Shown here piece by piece: positions 49,699-60,122 of a stretch of 64,000 bases of DNA. The stretch is taken from positions 3,712,001 through 3,776,000 of the forward strand of contig OZ242011.1 of assembly GCA_965204755.1 (NCBI GenBank), given 5' to 3'. The notes under the pieces were generated by a model. The model ran no database searches. It was not told the origin of the DNA and saw only the letters and a program-made list of their open reading frames with translations. The stretch is from Candidatus Marinacidobacterium sp. (lineage in GTDB: Bacteria; Acidobacteriota; Vicinamibacteria; Marinacidobacterales; Marinacidobacteraceae). The position numbers and the translations under genes are program-made. Every line of letters begins with the position of its first letter. Within the stretch, counting starts at the first letter, position 1.

Positions 49699-51384
49699 GT
49701 GGACGCTTACAGTACCGACGCGCCGTTGTTTCGAGTCCTTGCCGGCCCGGGCGGCCGCCTCCGCGCTCGGGGGCCGGGGGGCGCTCCCTCCCCGCACTCC
49801 TCCCCGGTCGGCGCTTCGCGCCGCCGAACGCTTCCCGGTCTTTCTCCGCGGGCCGTCGGGGCCGGTCGTCGGTTCCCCGCCGCCGGGCGGTTCCGCGCGG
49901 CGATCCTCGGCGGGACGGCGGTCTGGGCCGCGGCGGCGATCCCGGCGGGGGCTCGGAGCCCGGGTGGGGGGGCGCTGCCGTTCGCCTCGAGTCGGCCGCC
50001 GTCCGTCCAACCGCCCGCCCCCCCGGGTGGGGAGCAACCCCCGGCCGAAGCGCCTCGGGAGGGAGAGGCCGAGACGCAGGAAGAGGCGGAGGGGGAATCC
50101 GGGGCGGAAGAGGCCGAGGGCGGGGGAGAGGGCGGCGATGCCGGCGAGGACGCCGGGGAAGGCGAGGAAGAAGCGGACGAGGAGGAGTCGGGGCCCCGGC
50201 TCGCCGCGCTGGCGACGGCGCCGACCGGGATCCTCCCCGGCGTCGAGCAGGCGGCGCCGAACCCGGACCCCGGGAATCCGGTGGTGGACCTGCTCCTCGA
50301 GGAAGACGGTTTCGTCGCGCTCACGGCCGGTGGTCGGGTCGTGGCCTTCGGGCCGGAGGGGGGGCGCCCGCTCTGGGGGGTCATGGACGGCCGGGCGGCC
50401 GCGATCGGGCGGATCGAGGGGACGGTCGCGGTGCTGGACCGTGACGGCGGCGTCACGGTGCGGCGGCTGGCGGACGGGCGGCCGCTCTCCACCCCGGCGG
50501 GCCCGGGCTCGGGGGCGGGGAGGAGCGGCGACGCCCTCCCGACTTCGATCCTCGACCGGCCGACCGGTTGGTTCGGCCGCGGCCGACTCCTCCATGCTTC
50601 GGAGGGCCGCCTCTTCGGCCGGGATCTCCCCGGCGGCTCGCCGGTGTTCGAGGTCCTCTTCGAGGACGCCGGGGGCGGGGAAGGGGAAGGGGAAGGGAAG
50701 GAGGAGCGGCTTCCGGCGCGAGTCCTCGGGGCATCCTTCGAGGAGCCCGGCGCCGAACGACCGCGGGGGGCCTCCGGCGGTCGGTTCGGGCGGGTGGCGG
50801 TCTCGCTCGGCGACGGCGGCCTGGCGCTCCTCGACACCGAGAACGGCGAAATCCGCTGGCGCCGCGAGGGGATCGGCCGCATCACGCATCCGGCCCTGCT
50901 CGTCCCGGAGCGGGACCTGTTGGTCGTGGGGAGCGCCGAGGGGGAACTCCACGCCTTCCGCCTGAGCGACGGGCGCACCCGGTGGCGCCGGCGGCTCTAC
51001 GAGGGGTTCCGCCACCCGCCGCTCGCCAGCCGCGGCCGGCTCTACGCGGTGTCGGAAGCGAACTCCGTCTATTGCTTCGACCTCGGCCGGGGCGGGGAGA
51101 GGTGGCGCGCCGCCCTTCCGGGCCGGCCGGCGGGGGCGCCGCTCCGCCTCGCCGGGGCGCTGGTGGTGGCCGTCCGGGACGGGCTGGTCGTGGAGTTGCA
51201 GCCCGAGATCGGGAGCCGGATCGGGCGCGAACGGCGGCTCGACGCGGAAATCGCCGGCGTCGTCCGCGCCCGGGGGGACGGCCCGGGCGAGAACGGCTGG
51301 CGGAGACGGCGGCTGTACCTCGGACTCCGGGACGGCCGGCTCGCCGTCCTCGGCCCGCGAACCTCACTCCCCACCTCCCGCTGA
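49699..51384 (+). CDS. PQQ-like/BamB-like beta-propeller protein with acidic linker
   Basis: Blade motifs (LDTENGEIRW, FRLSDGRTRW, FDLGRGGERW) after a hydrophobic segment and E/G/A-rich linker; start uncertain (GTG 49699 or TTG 49726). Confidence 0.65.
   Translation: MDAYSTDAPLFRVLAGPGGRLRARGPGGAPSPHSSPVGASRRRTLPGLSPRAVGAGRRFPAAGRFRAAILGGTAVWAAAAIPAGARSPGGGALPFASSRPPSVQPPAPPGGEQPPAEAPREGEAETQEEAEGESGAEEAEGGGEGGDAGEDAGEGEEEADEEESGPRLAALATAPTGILPGVEQAAPNPDPGNPVVDLLLEEDGFVALTAGGRVVAFGPEGGRPLWGVMDGRAAAIGRIEGTVAVLDRDGGVTVRRLADGRPLSTPAGPGSGAGRSGDALPTSILDRPTGWFGRGRLLHASEGRLFGRDLPGGSPVFEVLFEDAGGGEGEGEGKEERLPARVLGASFEEPGAERPRGASGGRFGRVAVSLGDGGLALLDTENGEIRWRREGIGRITHPALLVPERDLLVVGSAEGELHAFRLSDGRTRWRRRLYEGFRHPPLASRGRLYAVSEANSVYCFDLGRGGERWRAALPGRPAGAPLRLAGALVVAVRDGLVVELQPEIGSRIGRERRLDAEIAGVVRARGDGPGENGWRRRRLYLGLRDGRLAVLGPRTSLPTSR
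49776..49855 (+). repeat. Degenerate copy of the MITE-like right arm
   Basis: CCCTCCCCGCACTCCTCCCCGGTCGGCGCTTCGCGCCG...CCCGGTCTTTCTCCGCGGGCCG aligns to about 35777-35856. Confidence 0.8.
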
Positions 51385-51531
51385 CCGGCGCCGGCGCGCG
51401 CCCGCCGGCCCCGACGAACGCGCCGGGACTCCCCGCCCTCGACGGGGTCTCGGCGGGGCCGTTCCGAAGCCGTTCCGAGACCGTTCCGGCGCCGGGTTTC
51501 GGCGCGGCGGACTGGTAGCATTTCGCCGCGG

Positions 51532-53085
51532 ATGAGTCGCTCTGAGGGCGGGGCGGAGTTCCTCCTCGTCCTCGACTTCGGGTCCCAATACACCCAACTC
51601 ATCGCCCGGCGGCTGCGGGAACTCGGGGTCTTCTGCGAGATCCGTCCCTGCAGCGACCCGGGGCCGCTGTCCGGCGCGTCGGCGCCGGCCGGAGTCGTCC
51701 TTTCCGGGGGGCCGGAGAGCGTCTATGCGGAGGGCGCGCCGGAGGCGCCGGCCGGGGTGTTCGCCCTGGAGGTCCCCGTGCTGGGGATCTGCTACGGGAT
51801 GCAGTTGATGGCCCGGGACTGCGGCGGCGAGGTGCGGCCGGCGCCCCGCCGCTCCTACGGGCCCGCGACCCTCCGCCGCAACGGCGCGAGCCGGCTGTTC
51901 GAGGGCGTTCCGGAGGAGTTCCGGGTGTGGGCGAGCCACGGGGACAGCGTGCAGGCCCTGCCCGAGGGCTTCCGGGGCGCCGCCCGCACCGAGGCGGCCG
52001 GCGTCGCGGCTTTCGAGAACGAGGAGTCCGGGCTCTACGCCCTCCAGTTCCACCCGGAAGTCGTCCACACGGAACACGGCGCAACCCTGTTGCGCAATTT
52101 CGCGCTCGACATCTGCGGGATGGCGGGCGGGTGGTCGCCACGGTCCCACGCCGAGCGCGCGGTGGCCGCGATCCGGGAGCAGGTGGGGGACGGAGGCGTG
52201 GTCTGCGGCGTCTCCGGGGGAGTGGACTCGACGGTGACCGCGATGCTGGCGCACCGCGCCGTCGGGGACCGCCTCCACTGCATCTTCGTGGACAACGGGG
52301 TGCTCCGGAAGAACGAAGCCCGGCGGGTGGCGGAAGGCTTCCGGCAGGGTCTCGGGATCCCGCTCCGCGTGGTGGACGCCTCCGCGAGGTTCCTCGAGCG
52401 CCTCGCCGGGGTGCGGAGTCCGGAGCGCAAGCGCAAGGTCATCGGCCGGGAGTTCATCCGGGTGTTCGAGGAGAGCGCCCGCGAGATCCCGGGGGCGGCG
52501 TTCCTCGCCCAGGGCACGCTCTACCCGGATGTCATCGAGAGCGTTTCCGTCCGGGGGCCTTCGGCGGTCATCAAGAGCCACCACAATGTGGGCGGGCTGC
52601 CGAAGCGGATGCGGCTGAGGCTGGTGGAGCCGCTGCGGGAATTGTTCAAGGACGAGGTGCGGGCGCTCGGAAGGGACCTCGGCGCCCCTCCGGAACTCGT
52701 CTCCCGCCATCCCTTCCCGGGCCCCGGTCTCGCGGTGCGGATGCTCGGGCCGGTGGAGCCGGCCGGGCTGGAAACGCTCCGCGAAGCGGACGCCATACTC
52801 GAAGAGGAACTCGTCGCCTCCGGCTGGTACGACCGCGTCTGGCAGGCGTTCTGCGTGCTCTTGCCGCTGCGCACGGTCGGGGTGATGGGGGACGCCCGCA
52901 CCTATGAGCGCGTCGCAGTCCTCCGGGTCGTGGAGAGCCGCGACGGGATGACCGCGGACTGGGCGGCGCTTCCCGCCGACCTCCTGACCCGGGTTTCCAA
53001 CCGGATCACCGGCGAAGTCCGCGGCGTGAACCGGGTGGTCCTGGACATCACCTCGAAACCGCCGGGCACCATCGAATGGGAGTAA
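51532..53085 (+). CDS. guaA: GMP synthase (glutamine-hydrolysing)
   Basis: LDFGSQYTQLIARR, GICYGMQ, QFHPEV, SGGVDS, IKSHHNVGGLP, TSKPPGTIEWE. Confidence 0.98.
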   Translation: MSRSEGGAEFLLVLDFGSQYTQLIARRLRELGVFCEIRPCSDPGPLSGASAPAGVVLSGGPESVYAEGAPEAPAGVFALEVPVLGICYGMQLMARDCGGEVRPAPRRSYGPATLRRNGASRLFEGVPEEFRVWASHGDSVQALPEGFRGAARTEAAGVAAFENEESGLYALQFHPEVVHTEHGATLLRNFALDICGMAGGWSPRSHAERAVAAIREQVGDGGVVCGVSGGVDSTVTAMLAHRAVGDRLHCIFVDNGVLRKNEARRVAEGFRQGLGIPLRVVDASARFLERLAGVRSPERKRKVIGREFIRVFEESAREIPGAAFLAQGTLYPDVIESVSVRGPSAVIKSHHNVGGLPKRMRLRLVEPLRELFKDEVRALGRDLGAPPELVSRHPFPGPGLAVRMLGPVEPAGLETLREADAILEEELVASGWYDRVWQAFCVLLPLRTVGVMGDARTYERVAVLRVVESRDGMTADWAALPADLLTRVSNRITGEVRGVNRVVLDITSKPPGTIEWE

Positions 53086-56000
53086 CGCCCCCCGCGGCCG
53101 CGCGGCCGTTCGCGCACCTCCACACGCATACCGAGTACTCGCTCCTCGACGGGATGAGCCGGATTCCCGGGCTCGTCCGACGGGCCGCGGCGGACGGGAT
53201 GCCGGCCGTGGCGATCACCGACCACGGCAACCTCATCGGCGCGTTCAAGATGCACCGGGCGGCCCGCGAAGCGGGCATCAAGCCGATCCTCGGTTGCGAG
53301 GCCTATGTGGCTCCGGGCAGCCGGAAGGAGAAGAACAAGGACGCCGACAACCAGCACCTGGTGCTGCTCGCGAAGAACGAGACCGGCTACCGGAACCTGC
53401 TGCGGCTGACCTCCATCGCCCACAAGGACGGCTACCACTACAAGCCGCGGATGGACTTCGACCTGCTCGAGGAGCACCACGAAGGACTCATCGCCCTTTC
53501 GGCCTGCCCCAAGGGGATCGTGCCCCGCGAGATCGTGGAGGACGGCGACCCGCTCGAGGTCGCCGGCCGCTACCTGGAGGTCTTCGGCAAGGGCAACTAC
53601 TTCCTCGAGATCATGGACCACTCTCCCGCCGGGGAGCCGGAGGGGGCGGCGGCGCGGCTGAGCGGACTGGAACGCCGAATCGCGGAAGGAGCGATCCAAC
53701 TCTCGCGGCGGACCGGGATTCCGCTGGTGGGCACCAACGACTCCCACTACGAGGGGCGGGGAGACGCCCGCGCCCACGACTTCCGGCTCTGCATCAGCAC
53801 GAACACCACCTACTCGAGCGAGAAGCGGCTCCGGTTCGACTCCGAGGAGTTCTATTTCAAGTCCTCCGCCGAGATGCGGAAGGTGTTCGCCTCCTGCCCG
53901 GAGGCCTACGCGAACACGCTGGAGATCGCGGAACGGATCGAAGACTACGACCTGGTCCGGAAAGAGAGCCTGCTTCCGGATTTCGAGGTTCCCGCGGACA
54001 TCACGCTCGACGAGCACTTCGAGCGGAGCGTCCGGGACGGGCTCGCCGCGCGCCTCGAAGTCGAAGCCGCCCACGGCGAGCGCCCGCCCCGTTCCGACTA
54101 CGAGGCGCGGCTCGAAGTCGAACTCGGCGTGATCCGCCGGACCGGGTACTCCGCGTACTTCCTGATCGTCCAGGACTTCGTCCGTTTCGCCCGGCGGAAG
54201 CGGATCCCGGTGGGGCCGGGGAGGGGTTCCGCCGCGGGCAGCCTGGTCGCCTACGCGCTCGGCATCACCGGCATAGACCCGCTCGCCCACGGCCTGCTCT
54301 TCGAGCGGTTCCTGAACCCGGACCGGGTGAGCCCCCCGGACATCGATGTGGACTTCTGCGAAATCCGGCGCGAAGAGGTCCTCGACTATGTGTCGGAGAA
54401 GTACGGCAGCGACCGGGTCGCCCAGATCCTGACCCTCGGCACGCTCCAGGCGAAGTTGGCGGTCCGGGATGTGGCCCGGATGCTCGAAGTGCCGGGCGCG
54501 GAGATCGACCGGCTGGCCAAACTCATCCCCGACGGGGTGGGGCTGGAACAGGCGTTCGAGCGCGAACCCCGGCTGAAGGAAGCGGTCGGGAGCGACCGGC
54601 GGCTCACGGAGATCTTCGAGATCGCGAAGCGGCTCGAAGGGCTGGCCCGGAACATCGGGACGCACGCCGCGGGCGTGGTGGTCGCGCCCCGCCCCCTCGA
54701 AGAGGTGCTGCCGCTCTACCGCGATGTGGAGCCGGCCGGCGGCCGGGGAGCGGCCGCCGCCGGCGAGGGGCGCCGACGGACCCAGTTCGACATGAAGGAC
54801 TGCGAGGCCGTCGGTCTGTTCAAGATGGACTTCCTCGGGCTCCGGGCCCTCACCCAGATCGAGGACTGCGCGCGGCGGATCGAAGAGGACCCGGACCTCG
54901 AACTCCCCCCGGGAGAAGCGGACGCGGTCCGCGCCATCCGCGACGGCGACTTCGAGAAGGTGCCGCCGGATCCCCGGGCCTTCGAGTTGTTCTCCCGGGC
55001 GGACACCGACGGCCTCTTCCAGTTCGAGAGTTCCGGGATGCGCCGCCTGCTCGCCCGCTACCGGCCGGAGACGCTCGACGACCTCGCGGCGCTCAACGCG
55101 CTCTACCGGCCGGGGCCGCTCGAGAGCGGCATGACCGACGAGTTCGTGGAGACGAAACGCCAGGGGCGGGACTCCCGGAAACTGGACGAGCGCGTACGCC
55201 GGCTGTTCACCGAGACCCGCGGGCTCATCGTCTACCAGGAGCAGGTGATGTGGGCGGCGCGGGAACTCGCCGGCTACTCGCTCGCCCAAGCGGACATCCT
55301 GCGGAAGGCGATGGGCAAGAAGGATCCCGCGGTCATGGCGGCCCAGGAGAAGGCCTTCGTCGAAGGCGCCTCGGAGCGGGGGCTCCCCCGGAAGGTCGCG
55401 CAGGAGACCTTCGCGCAGATCGCCAAGTTCGCCGGGTACGGGTTCAACCGCGCGCACGCTGTCGGGTACGCCCTCGTGGCCTATGTGTCCGGCTGGCTCA
55501 AGGCCCTCTACCCGGTGCACTTCATGGCCTCGCTGCTGACCGCGCAGCAGCGTTCTTCGGACAAGGACGACCGGATCGCGCGGACGCGGAACAGCGCCGA
55601 GGAACGCGGCATCCGGGTGTTGCCGCCTGACCTCCGGTCGAGCGGCGCCGACGCCCGGGTCGAAAAGGGCGCGGTGCGCTTCGGGCTCGCCGCGCTCAAG
55701 GGAGTGGGGCAACCGGCGGCGCGGGCGGTGGTCGAAGCGCGGGAAACCCTCGGCGGGGTCCGCACCCTGGCCGAACTCCTGGGGGAGTTGGACCTCCGGG
55801 CGGTGAACCGGGGCGTCCTAGAGGCGTTCGCCGGCGCCGGGGCGCTGGACTTCCTGGGCGTCCCCCGTTCCCAGGTGTCGGCCGCCATCCCCCAAGCGAT
55901 CCGAGCCGCCCAGCGGGCCCGCGCCCGGAAGGACGAAGGGGCGCAGGCGCTCTTCGGCGGCGGGGGCGAACGCCCTGCGGACGCCTTCGCGGAGGCGCCG

Positions 56001-56669
56001 GAGTGGAGCGAGGAGGAGCGGCTGCGGCGGGAGCGGGAGGCGCTCGGCTTCTATTGGCGCGGGCATCCGGCGAAGGCTTACCGGGAGGCGCTCCGCGGCT
56101 GGGTCTCCGGGCCGATCAGCAGCGTGACGAGTTCGGGCGAACAGGAAGTGCGGATCGTGGGGCTCGTGCGGCGGCTGCGGAAACGGACGACCCGCGACGG
56201 CCGGCCCATGGCCAACTTCGCGGTCGAGGACGAGACCGGCCACCTCTCCGTGGTGGTGTTTCCCGGAGAGTGGGAGCACTGTCCGAGCCTCGAACAGGAA
56301 CCGGCGGTCTGCGTCTCCGGGCGGACGCGGAAGGACAGCGGCGCCTCTGCCGACGACCCGCCGGAGATCTCGGCGTCCCGGGTCCTCCTCGCGTCGGCGG
56401 CGCCGTTCGAGTTCGCCCAGCGGGTGGATCTCGAAGTCGCGGATCCGACGGAGGTTCGGCGGAGTCTGGAACTCCTGGTGGGTCGTCACCCGGGGACAGC
56501 GACCTTGCAACTTCGACTGGGGGCGAAGGGGGCCGGGTCGGCGCTGCGGGTGGGCGCCGGCGTTCGCCCGAACGCGGAGTTCGCCGCCGAGGCGATTTCC
56601 GTTCTCGGCCCGGACGCCGTGTGGCTGAACGACCGCCCGCTCCCGTCCTTCGCGCTCCGGTCGGCCTGA
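53076..56669 (+). CDS. dnaE: DNA polymerase III alpha subunit
   Basis: HLHTHTEYSLLDG, TDHGN, GPGRGSAAGS, PDIDVDF, KMDFLGL, YGFNRAH, OB-fold; no intein-sized insertion. Confidence 0.97.
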   Translation: MGVTPPAAARPFAHLHTHTEYSLLDGMSRIPGLVRRAAADGMPAVAITDHGNLIGAFKMHRAAREAGIKPILGCEAYVAPGSRKEKNKDADNQHLVLLAKNETGYRNLLRLTSIAHKDGYHYKPRMDFDLLEEHHEGLIALSACPKGIVPREIVEDGDPLEVAGRYLEVFGKGNYFLEIMDHSPAGEPEGAAARLSGLERRIAEGAIQLSRRTGIPLVGTNDSHYEGRGDARAHDFRLCISTNTTYSSEKRLRFDSEEFYFKSSAEMRKVFASCPEAYANTLEIAERIEDYDLVRKESLLPDFEVPADITLDEHFERSVRDGLAARLEVEAAHGERPPRSDYEARLEVELGVIRRTGYSAYFLIVQDFVRFARRKRIPVGPGRGSAAGSLVAYALGITGIDPLAHGLLFERFLNPDRVSPPDIDVDFCEIRREEVLDYVSEKYGSDRVAQILTLGTLQAKLAVRDVARMLEVPGAEIDRLAKLIPDGVGLEQAFEREPRLKEAVGSDRRLTEIFEIAKRLEGLARNIGTHAAGVVVAPRPLEEVLPLYRDVEPAGGRGAAAAGEGRRRTQFDMKDCEAVGLFKMDFLGLRALTQIEDCARRIEEDPDLELPPGEADAVRAIRDGDFEKVPPDPRAFELFSRADTDGLFQFESSGMRRLLARYRPETLDDLAALNALYRPGPLESGMTDEFVETKRQGRDSRKLDERVRRLFTETRGLIVYQEQVMWAARELAGYSLAQADILRKAMGKKDPAVMAAQEKAFVEGASERGLPRKVAQETFAQIAKFAGYGFNRAHAVGYALVAYVSGWLKALYPVHFMASLLTAQQRSSDKDDRIARTRNSAEERGIRVLPPDLRSSGADARVEKGAVRFGLAALKGVGQPAARAVVEARETLGGVRTLAELLGELDLRAVNRGVLEAFAGAGALDFLGVPRSQVSAAIPQAIRAAQRARARKDEGAQALFGGGGERPADAFAEAPEWSEEERLRREREALGFYWRGHPAKAYREALRGWVSGPISSVTSSGEQEVRIVGLVRRLRKRTTRDGRPMANFAVEDETGHLSVVVFPGEWEHCPSLEQEPAVCVSGRTRKDSGASADDPPEISASRVLLASAAPFEFAQRVDLEVADPTEVRRSLELLVGRHPGTATLQLRLGAKGAGSALRVGAGVRPNAEFAAEAISVLGPDAVWLNDRPLPSFALRSA

Positions 56670-56687
56670 CCTCGTCCGCCCCGGTCC

Positions 56688-56727
56688 GTCCCGGCCAGCC
56701 CCGGGCGGTCCCGGCCAGCCCCGGGCG
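56688..56727. repeat. 20-bp tandem duplication in dnaE-accA intergenic region
   Basis: GTCCCGGCCAGCCCCGGGCG x2, exact. Confidence 0.85.
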
Positions 56728-56783
56728 GCGGGGACGCGTTGGTACGCGGATTGCTATCGCGCCGCCCGCTAAACTGCCCCGCA

Positions 56784-57839
56784 GTGCAGAGCGAGTTCCT
56801 CGACTTCGAGTCCGACATCCGCGCCGCCGTTCTCCGCATCGAGGCGCTGACCGGGTTTCCCGACCGGCGTCGGGAGGAGATCGCCCGGCTCGAACGCGAA
56901 CTCCGCCGCGTGCGGGAGCGGGTCTATGGCGGTCTCACCCCGTGGCAACGCGTCCAGGTGGCGCGCCACCCGGAGCGGCCGTACTGCCTCGACTATGTGG
57001 AGCGGCTGTTCACCGGGTTCACGGAACTCCACGGCGACCGGCGCTTCGCCGACGATCCGGCGGTCGTCGGAGGTCCGGCCTGGTTCGCCGGACAGCCGGT
57101 GATGGTCATCGGCCAGCAGAAGGGCCGGGACACCGCGCAGCGGATCCGCCGGAACTACGGGATGCCGCGTCCGGAGGGCTACCGGAAGGCGCTCCGGCTC
57201 ATGAAACTGGCGGAGAAGTTCCAACGCCCGGTGATCACCCTGGTGGACACCCCCGGAGCGTTCCCGGGGATCGAGGCCGAGGAACGGGGCCAGGCGGAGG
57301 CGATCGCCGTGAACCTGCGGGAGATGGCCCGACTGGAGGTCCCGATCGTGGTCGCGGTGATCGGGGAGGGCGGAAGCGGCGGCGCGCTCGGCATCGCGGT
57401 GGGGGACCGGATCCTGATGATGGAGAACGCGGTCTATTCGGTGATTTCGCCGGAAGGATGCGCGGCGATCCTGTGGAAGAACCCCGACAGCGTCCGGGAC
57501 GCCGCCGCCGAGGCGGCGAAGCGGATGCGGATCACGGCGGGCGAGCACCTCGAAAACGGCATCGTGGACGAGATCGTCCCCGAACCCGCCGGCGGCGCGC
57601 ACGCCGATCCGGACCTGGCGGCGGAACTGCTGGGGGAGCGGCTGCGCCGCGCGCTTCGAGCGGTCTCCGGGCTCGCCCCGGCCGAAAGGCGGCGCGAGCG
57701 GTTTCGGAAGTTCCGCGGCATGGGGCGGGTCGGTCTCGAAGAGTTCGATCCGGAGGAGGTGGGAGACCTCGAATTCGGCGCGCCCGCTCCCGGCGGGGGC
57801 GCCCCGGCCACCGGCGCCCGGGCGTCGGGACCGCGCTAG
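56784..57839 (+). CDS. accA: Acetyl-CoA carboxylase carboxyltransferase alpha subunit
   Basis: [50 protein letters not shown]. Confidence 0.97.
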   Translation: MQSEFLDFESDIRAAVLRIEALTGFPDRRREEIARLERELRRVRERVYGGLTPWQRVQVARHPERPYCLDYVERLFTGFTELHGDRRFADDPAVVGGPAWFAGQPVMVIGQQKGRDTAQRIRRNYGMPRPEGYRKALRLMKLAEKFQRPVITLVDTPGAFPGIEAEERGQAEAIAVNLREMARLEVPIVVAVIGEGGSGGALGIAVGDRILMMENAVYSVISPEGCAAILWKNPDSVRDAAAEAAKRMRITAGEHLENGIVDEIVPEPAGGAHADPDLAAELLGERLRRALRAVSGLAPAERRRERFRKFRGMGRVGLEEFDPEEVGDLEFGAPAPGGGAPATGARASGPR

Positions 57840-57899
57840 AGGGCGCGGGCCGAGAGCGCGGGGTCTCCCGACGCCCCCGAGTACGGACTGCATTCCGTC

Positions 57900-60122
57900 A
57901 TGCCTCCCTCCCCGAGCGCCCGGCCGCTCCGGCGGTTTCTCCGGCGGGCGTCGGCGGCGCTCGTTCCGGTGCTGGCGGTGGCCGCGTTCTCGGCCTTCAC
58001 CGCGTTCTTGGTCCTGCGCCTCCGGGAAGGGTTCGACCGCCGGGTCGCCGGCGAGGCCGCGGAAACCACCGAGGAGCCGGAAGATGTGGTCTCCCGCGCG
58101 ATCGAGTTCACGCTGGACGAGCAGGGCGAGCCGCTCCTCCGGGTGGTCGCCGAGGAAGCGACCGGGCGGAGCGACGGGGTCCAGCGCTTCCTCGGGGTCA
58201 GCGCCCGGTTCTTCGAGACCTGGGAGGGCGGCGACTCGGAGATCGCCGCCGACGAACTGCTGCTGGACGCCGCCGGCGGCTCCTTGCAGTTCCTCGGGAA
58301 CGCCCGGTTGACCACCGAGGGGCTGGAACTCGGGGGGCCGCACCTGCGCTTTCGCCGGACGCCCGACCAACTGTGGTCGAACGAAGTCGTCCAGTTCGCG
58401 ACCGAGGACTTCTTCGGGGTGGCGCTCTCGTTCCGGTTCCATCTCGAATCCCGCGAGGTGCACCTGCGCGGGGTGGCGGTCACGCCTTCCGGCGGCGAAG
58501 GGGTCTCCGCCGCCGCCGAGAGCGCGGTCTTCGACCCGGAGACCGGGGACACCACCCTGTTCGGGGAAGTGGAAATGGCGAGCGACGAAGTGATCCTCAC
58601 TTCCCGGGAAAATGTGGTCCTGCGCCGGGACCCGGAACTCGGCCGTATCGTCGCCGTCGAGGCCGGGTTCGGAAGCCGGCTGCTTCTCGCGGCGCGAGCG
58701 CCGGAGGCGGCGTCGGGGGCGGCGGAGGCGCCAGGCGCCGACGAGGAGGGCGCGGAGGGGGCGCCGGGCTCTGCGGCGTCGGAGGAGGCGGCGGCGGTCG
58801 ATGGCGGCGAGGAGCGGACGGCCGGGGCGGCGGCTCCGGTCCTCCACGGGGACTTCGTCCGGATCGAAATCGGGGAGGGGCGGCGTCCGCGGAGCATCGC
58901 GGTGGAGCAGGGCCCGCTGCTCCGCACGCCGGACGGCGCCGAACTCCGCGGCGACCGGGCGGAAGTCCGCTTCGCCGAATCCGGTGAGGAGGGGCGCCGG
59001 CGCGGGCACATGATCCGCTTCACCGGCGATGTCCGCTCCGAAGTGCTGACTCGGGGCCCGGACGAACGGATCGTGCGGGTCGAATCCGATCGCGCGGAGA
59101 TCTCGCTCGACGCCGGCGGCGACCCGGAGCGCGGCCAGTTCCGGGGAGGGATCCGGGTGGACGCCGGCGGGGCGCGGGCGTTCGCCGAGATGGCCTACTG
59201 GGACGGTGACTCCACGCTGGCGCTCGGCGGCTCTCCCCGGGTCGAGGACTCGGCGCTGCTCGACCTCGAAGCGCGGCAGATCATCGTGGTGGTCGGCGAG
59301 GCCACCGCGATCGAAGCGAGCGGCCGGGTGGCGGCGCGCTTTTCGGTCTCGCGGCTGTCCTGGCTGCCGGGCGAGTTCGAGAGCGCCGGCCTCTTCGCCG
59401 AGGCAGCGCGGATGGAGAGCGGCAGCGGGCGGGCGCTGTTCGAGGGGGAGGTGCGCCTCCTGTTCGGCGGGAGCCGGTTCGAGTCGGAGGAGTTGGAACT
59501 CGACGCCGAAGAGCGCGTCCTGGTCGCCGCCGGCGCGGTGCGGAGCGCGATGGAGATCGGTCTCGACCGGGGCGGGGCGGGCGGCGGCGGCGACAGCGCC
59601 GTCGGCGACGGCGTGAACGGGGACGGTTCGGGAGGCGAAGGCCACGCAGGCGAAGGCCCGGCAGGCGAAGGCCCGGCGGGCGAAGGCGGGGCGGGGGCCG
59701 CCCGGTTCACGGCGCGCGCGGAGCGGTTCGACTTCCGGGCGGCGGAGGGGCGGATGCGCTGGAGCGGGACGCCGAGTCTCGAAGTCACCCTCGGGGACGA
59801 AGGCGAGGCGCCGACCCGGGTCACCGCCGGGGAAGTCTCGGCCGAACTCAGCGAGTCGGGCGCCATGACAGCGGTGGTCGGCGACCACGCCGCCCGGTTC
59901 GAGCGGAGCGGTCAGCGCGCCGACGGCCGGCGGATCCGTTACCGGCCGGAAGAGGGGATCCTCGAAGCCTGGGGCGCCCCGGCGACCGTAACCGCCGACG
60001 GGCGCTCTTCCGAGGGCGGCCGGTTGCGCATCGAATTCGACGGGGCCCGGTCCGAGGCGGAAGCGAGCCGGGCCCGGCGGGCCTCCGCCCGCAGCCGGCG
60101 GAACCGGGGAACGGGCCGATGA
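57900..60122 (+). CDS. LptC/LptA(OstA)-like multi-domain LPS export periplasmic protein
   Basis: Single N-terminal TM, then long beta-strand-rich jellyroll-like repeats; directly upstream of and overlapping lptB. Confidence 0.75.
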   Translation: MPPSPSARPLRRFLRRASAALVPVLAVAAFSAFTAFLVLRLREGFDRRVAGEAAETTEEPEDVVSRAIEFTLDEQGEPLLRVVAEEATGRSDGVQRFLGVSARFFETWEGGDSEIAADELLLDAAGGSLQFLGNARLTTEGLELGGPHLRFRRTPDQLWSNEVVQFATEDFFGVALSFRFHLESREVHLRGVAVTPSGGEGVSAAAESAVFDPETGDTTLFGEVEMASDEVILTSRENVVLRRDPELGRIVAVEAGFGSRLLLAARAPEAASGAAEAPGADEEGAEGAPGSAASEEAAAVDGGEERTAGAAAPVLHGDFVRIEIGEGRRPRSIAVEQGPLLRTPDGAELRGDRAEVRFAESGEEGRRRGHMIRFTGDVRSEVLTRGPDERIVRVESDRAEISLDAGGDPERGQFRGGIRVDAGGARAFAEMAYWDGDSTLALGGSPRVEDSALLDLEARQIIVVVGEATAIEASGRVAARFSVSRLSWLPGEFESAGLFAEAARMESGSGRALFEGEVRLLFGGSRFESEELELDAEERVLVAAGAVRSAMEIGLDRGGAGGGGDSAVGDGVNGDGSGGEGHAGEGPAGEGPAGEGGAGAARFTARAERFDFRAAEGRMRWSGTPSLEVTLGDEGEAPTRVTAGEVSAELSESGAMTAVVGDHAARFERSGQRADGRRIRYRPEEGILEAWGAPATVTADGRSSEGGRLRIEFDGARSEAEASRARRASARSRRNRGTGR

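Noticed and set aside
49654-51015. Extension of the kinase ORF to 1810 aa
   Set aside because: Overlaps the plus-strand propeller gene and reads as shadow sequence.
53076-56669. Intein in DnaE
   Set aside because: Length is normal and no splicing or LAGLIDADG motifs were seen.
56688-56727. 20-bp tandem duplication as a regulatory system
   Set aside because: Only two copies, most simply a slippage duplication; kept as a feature only.
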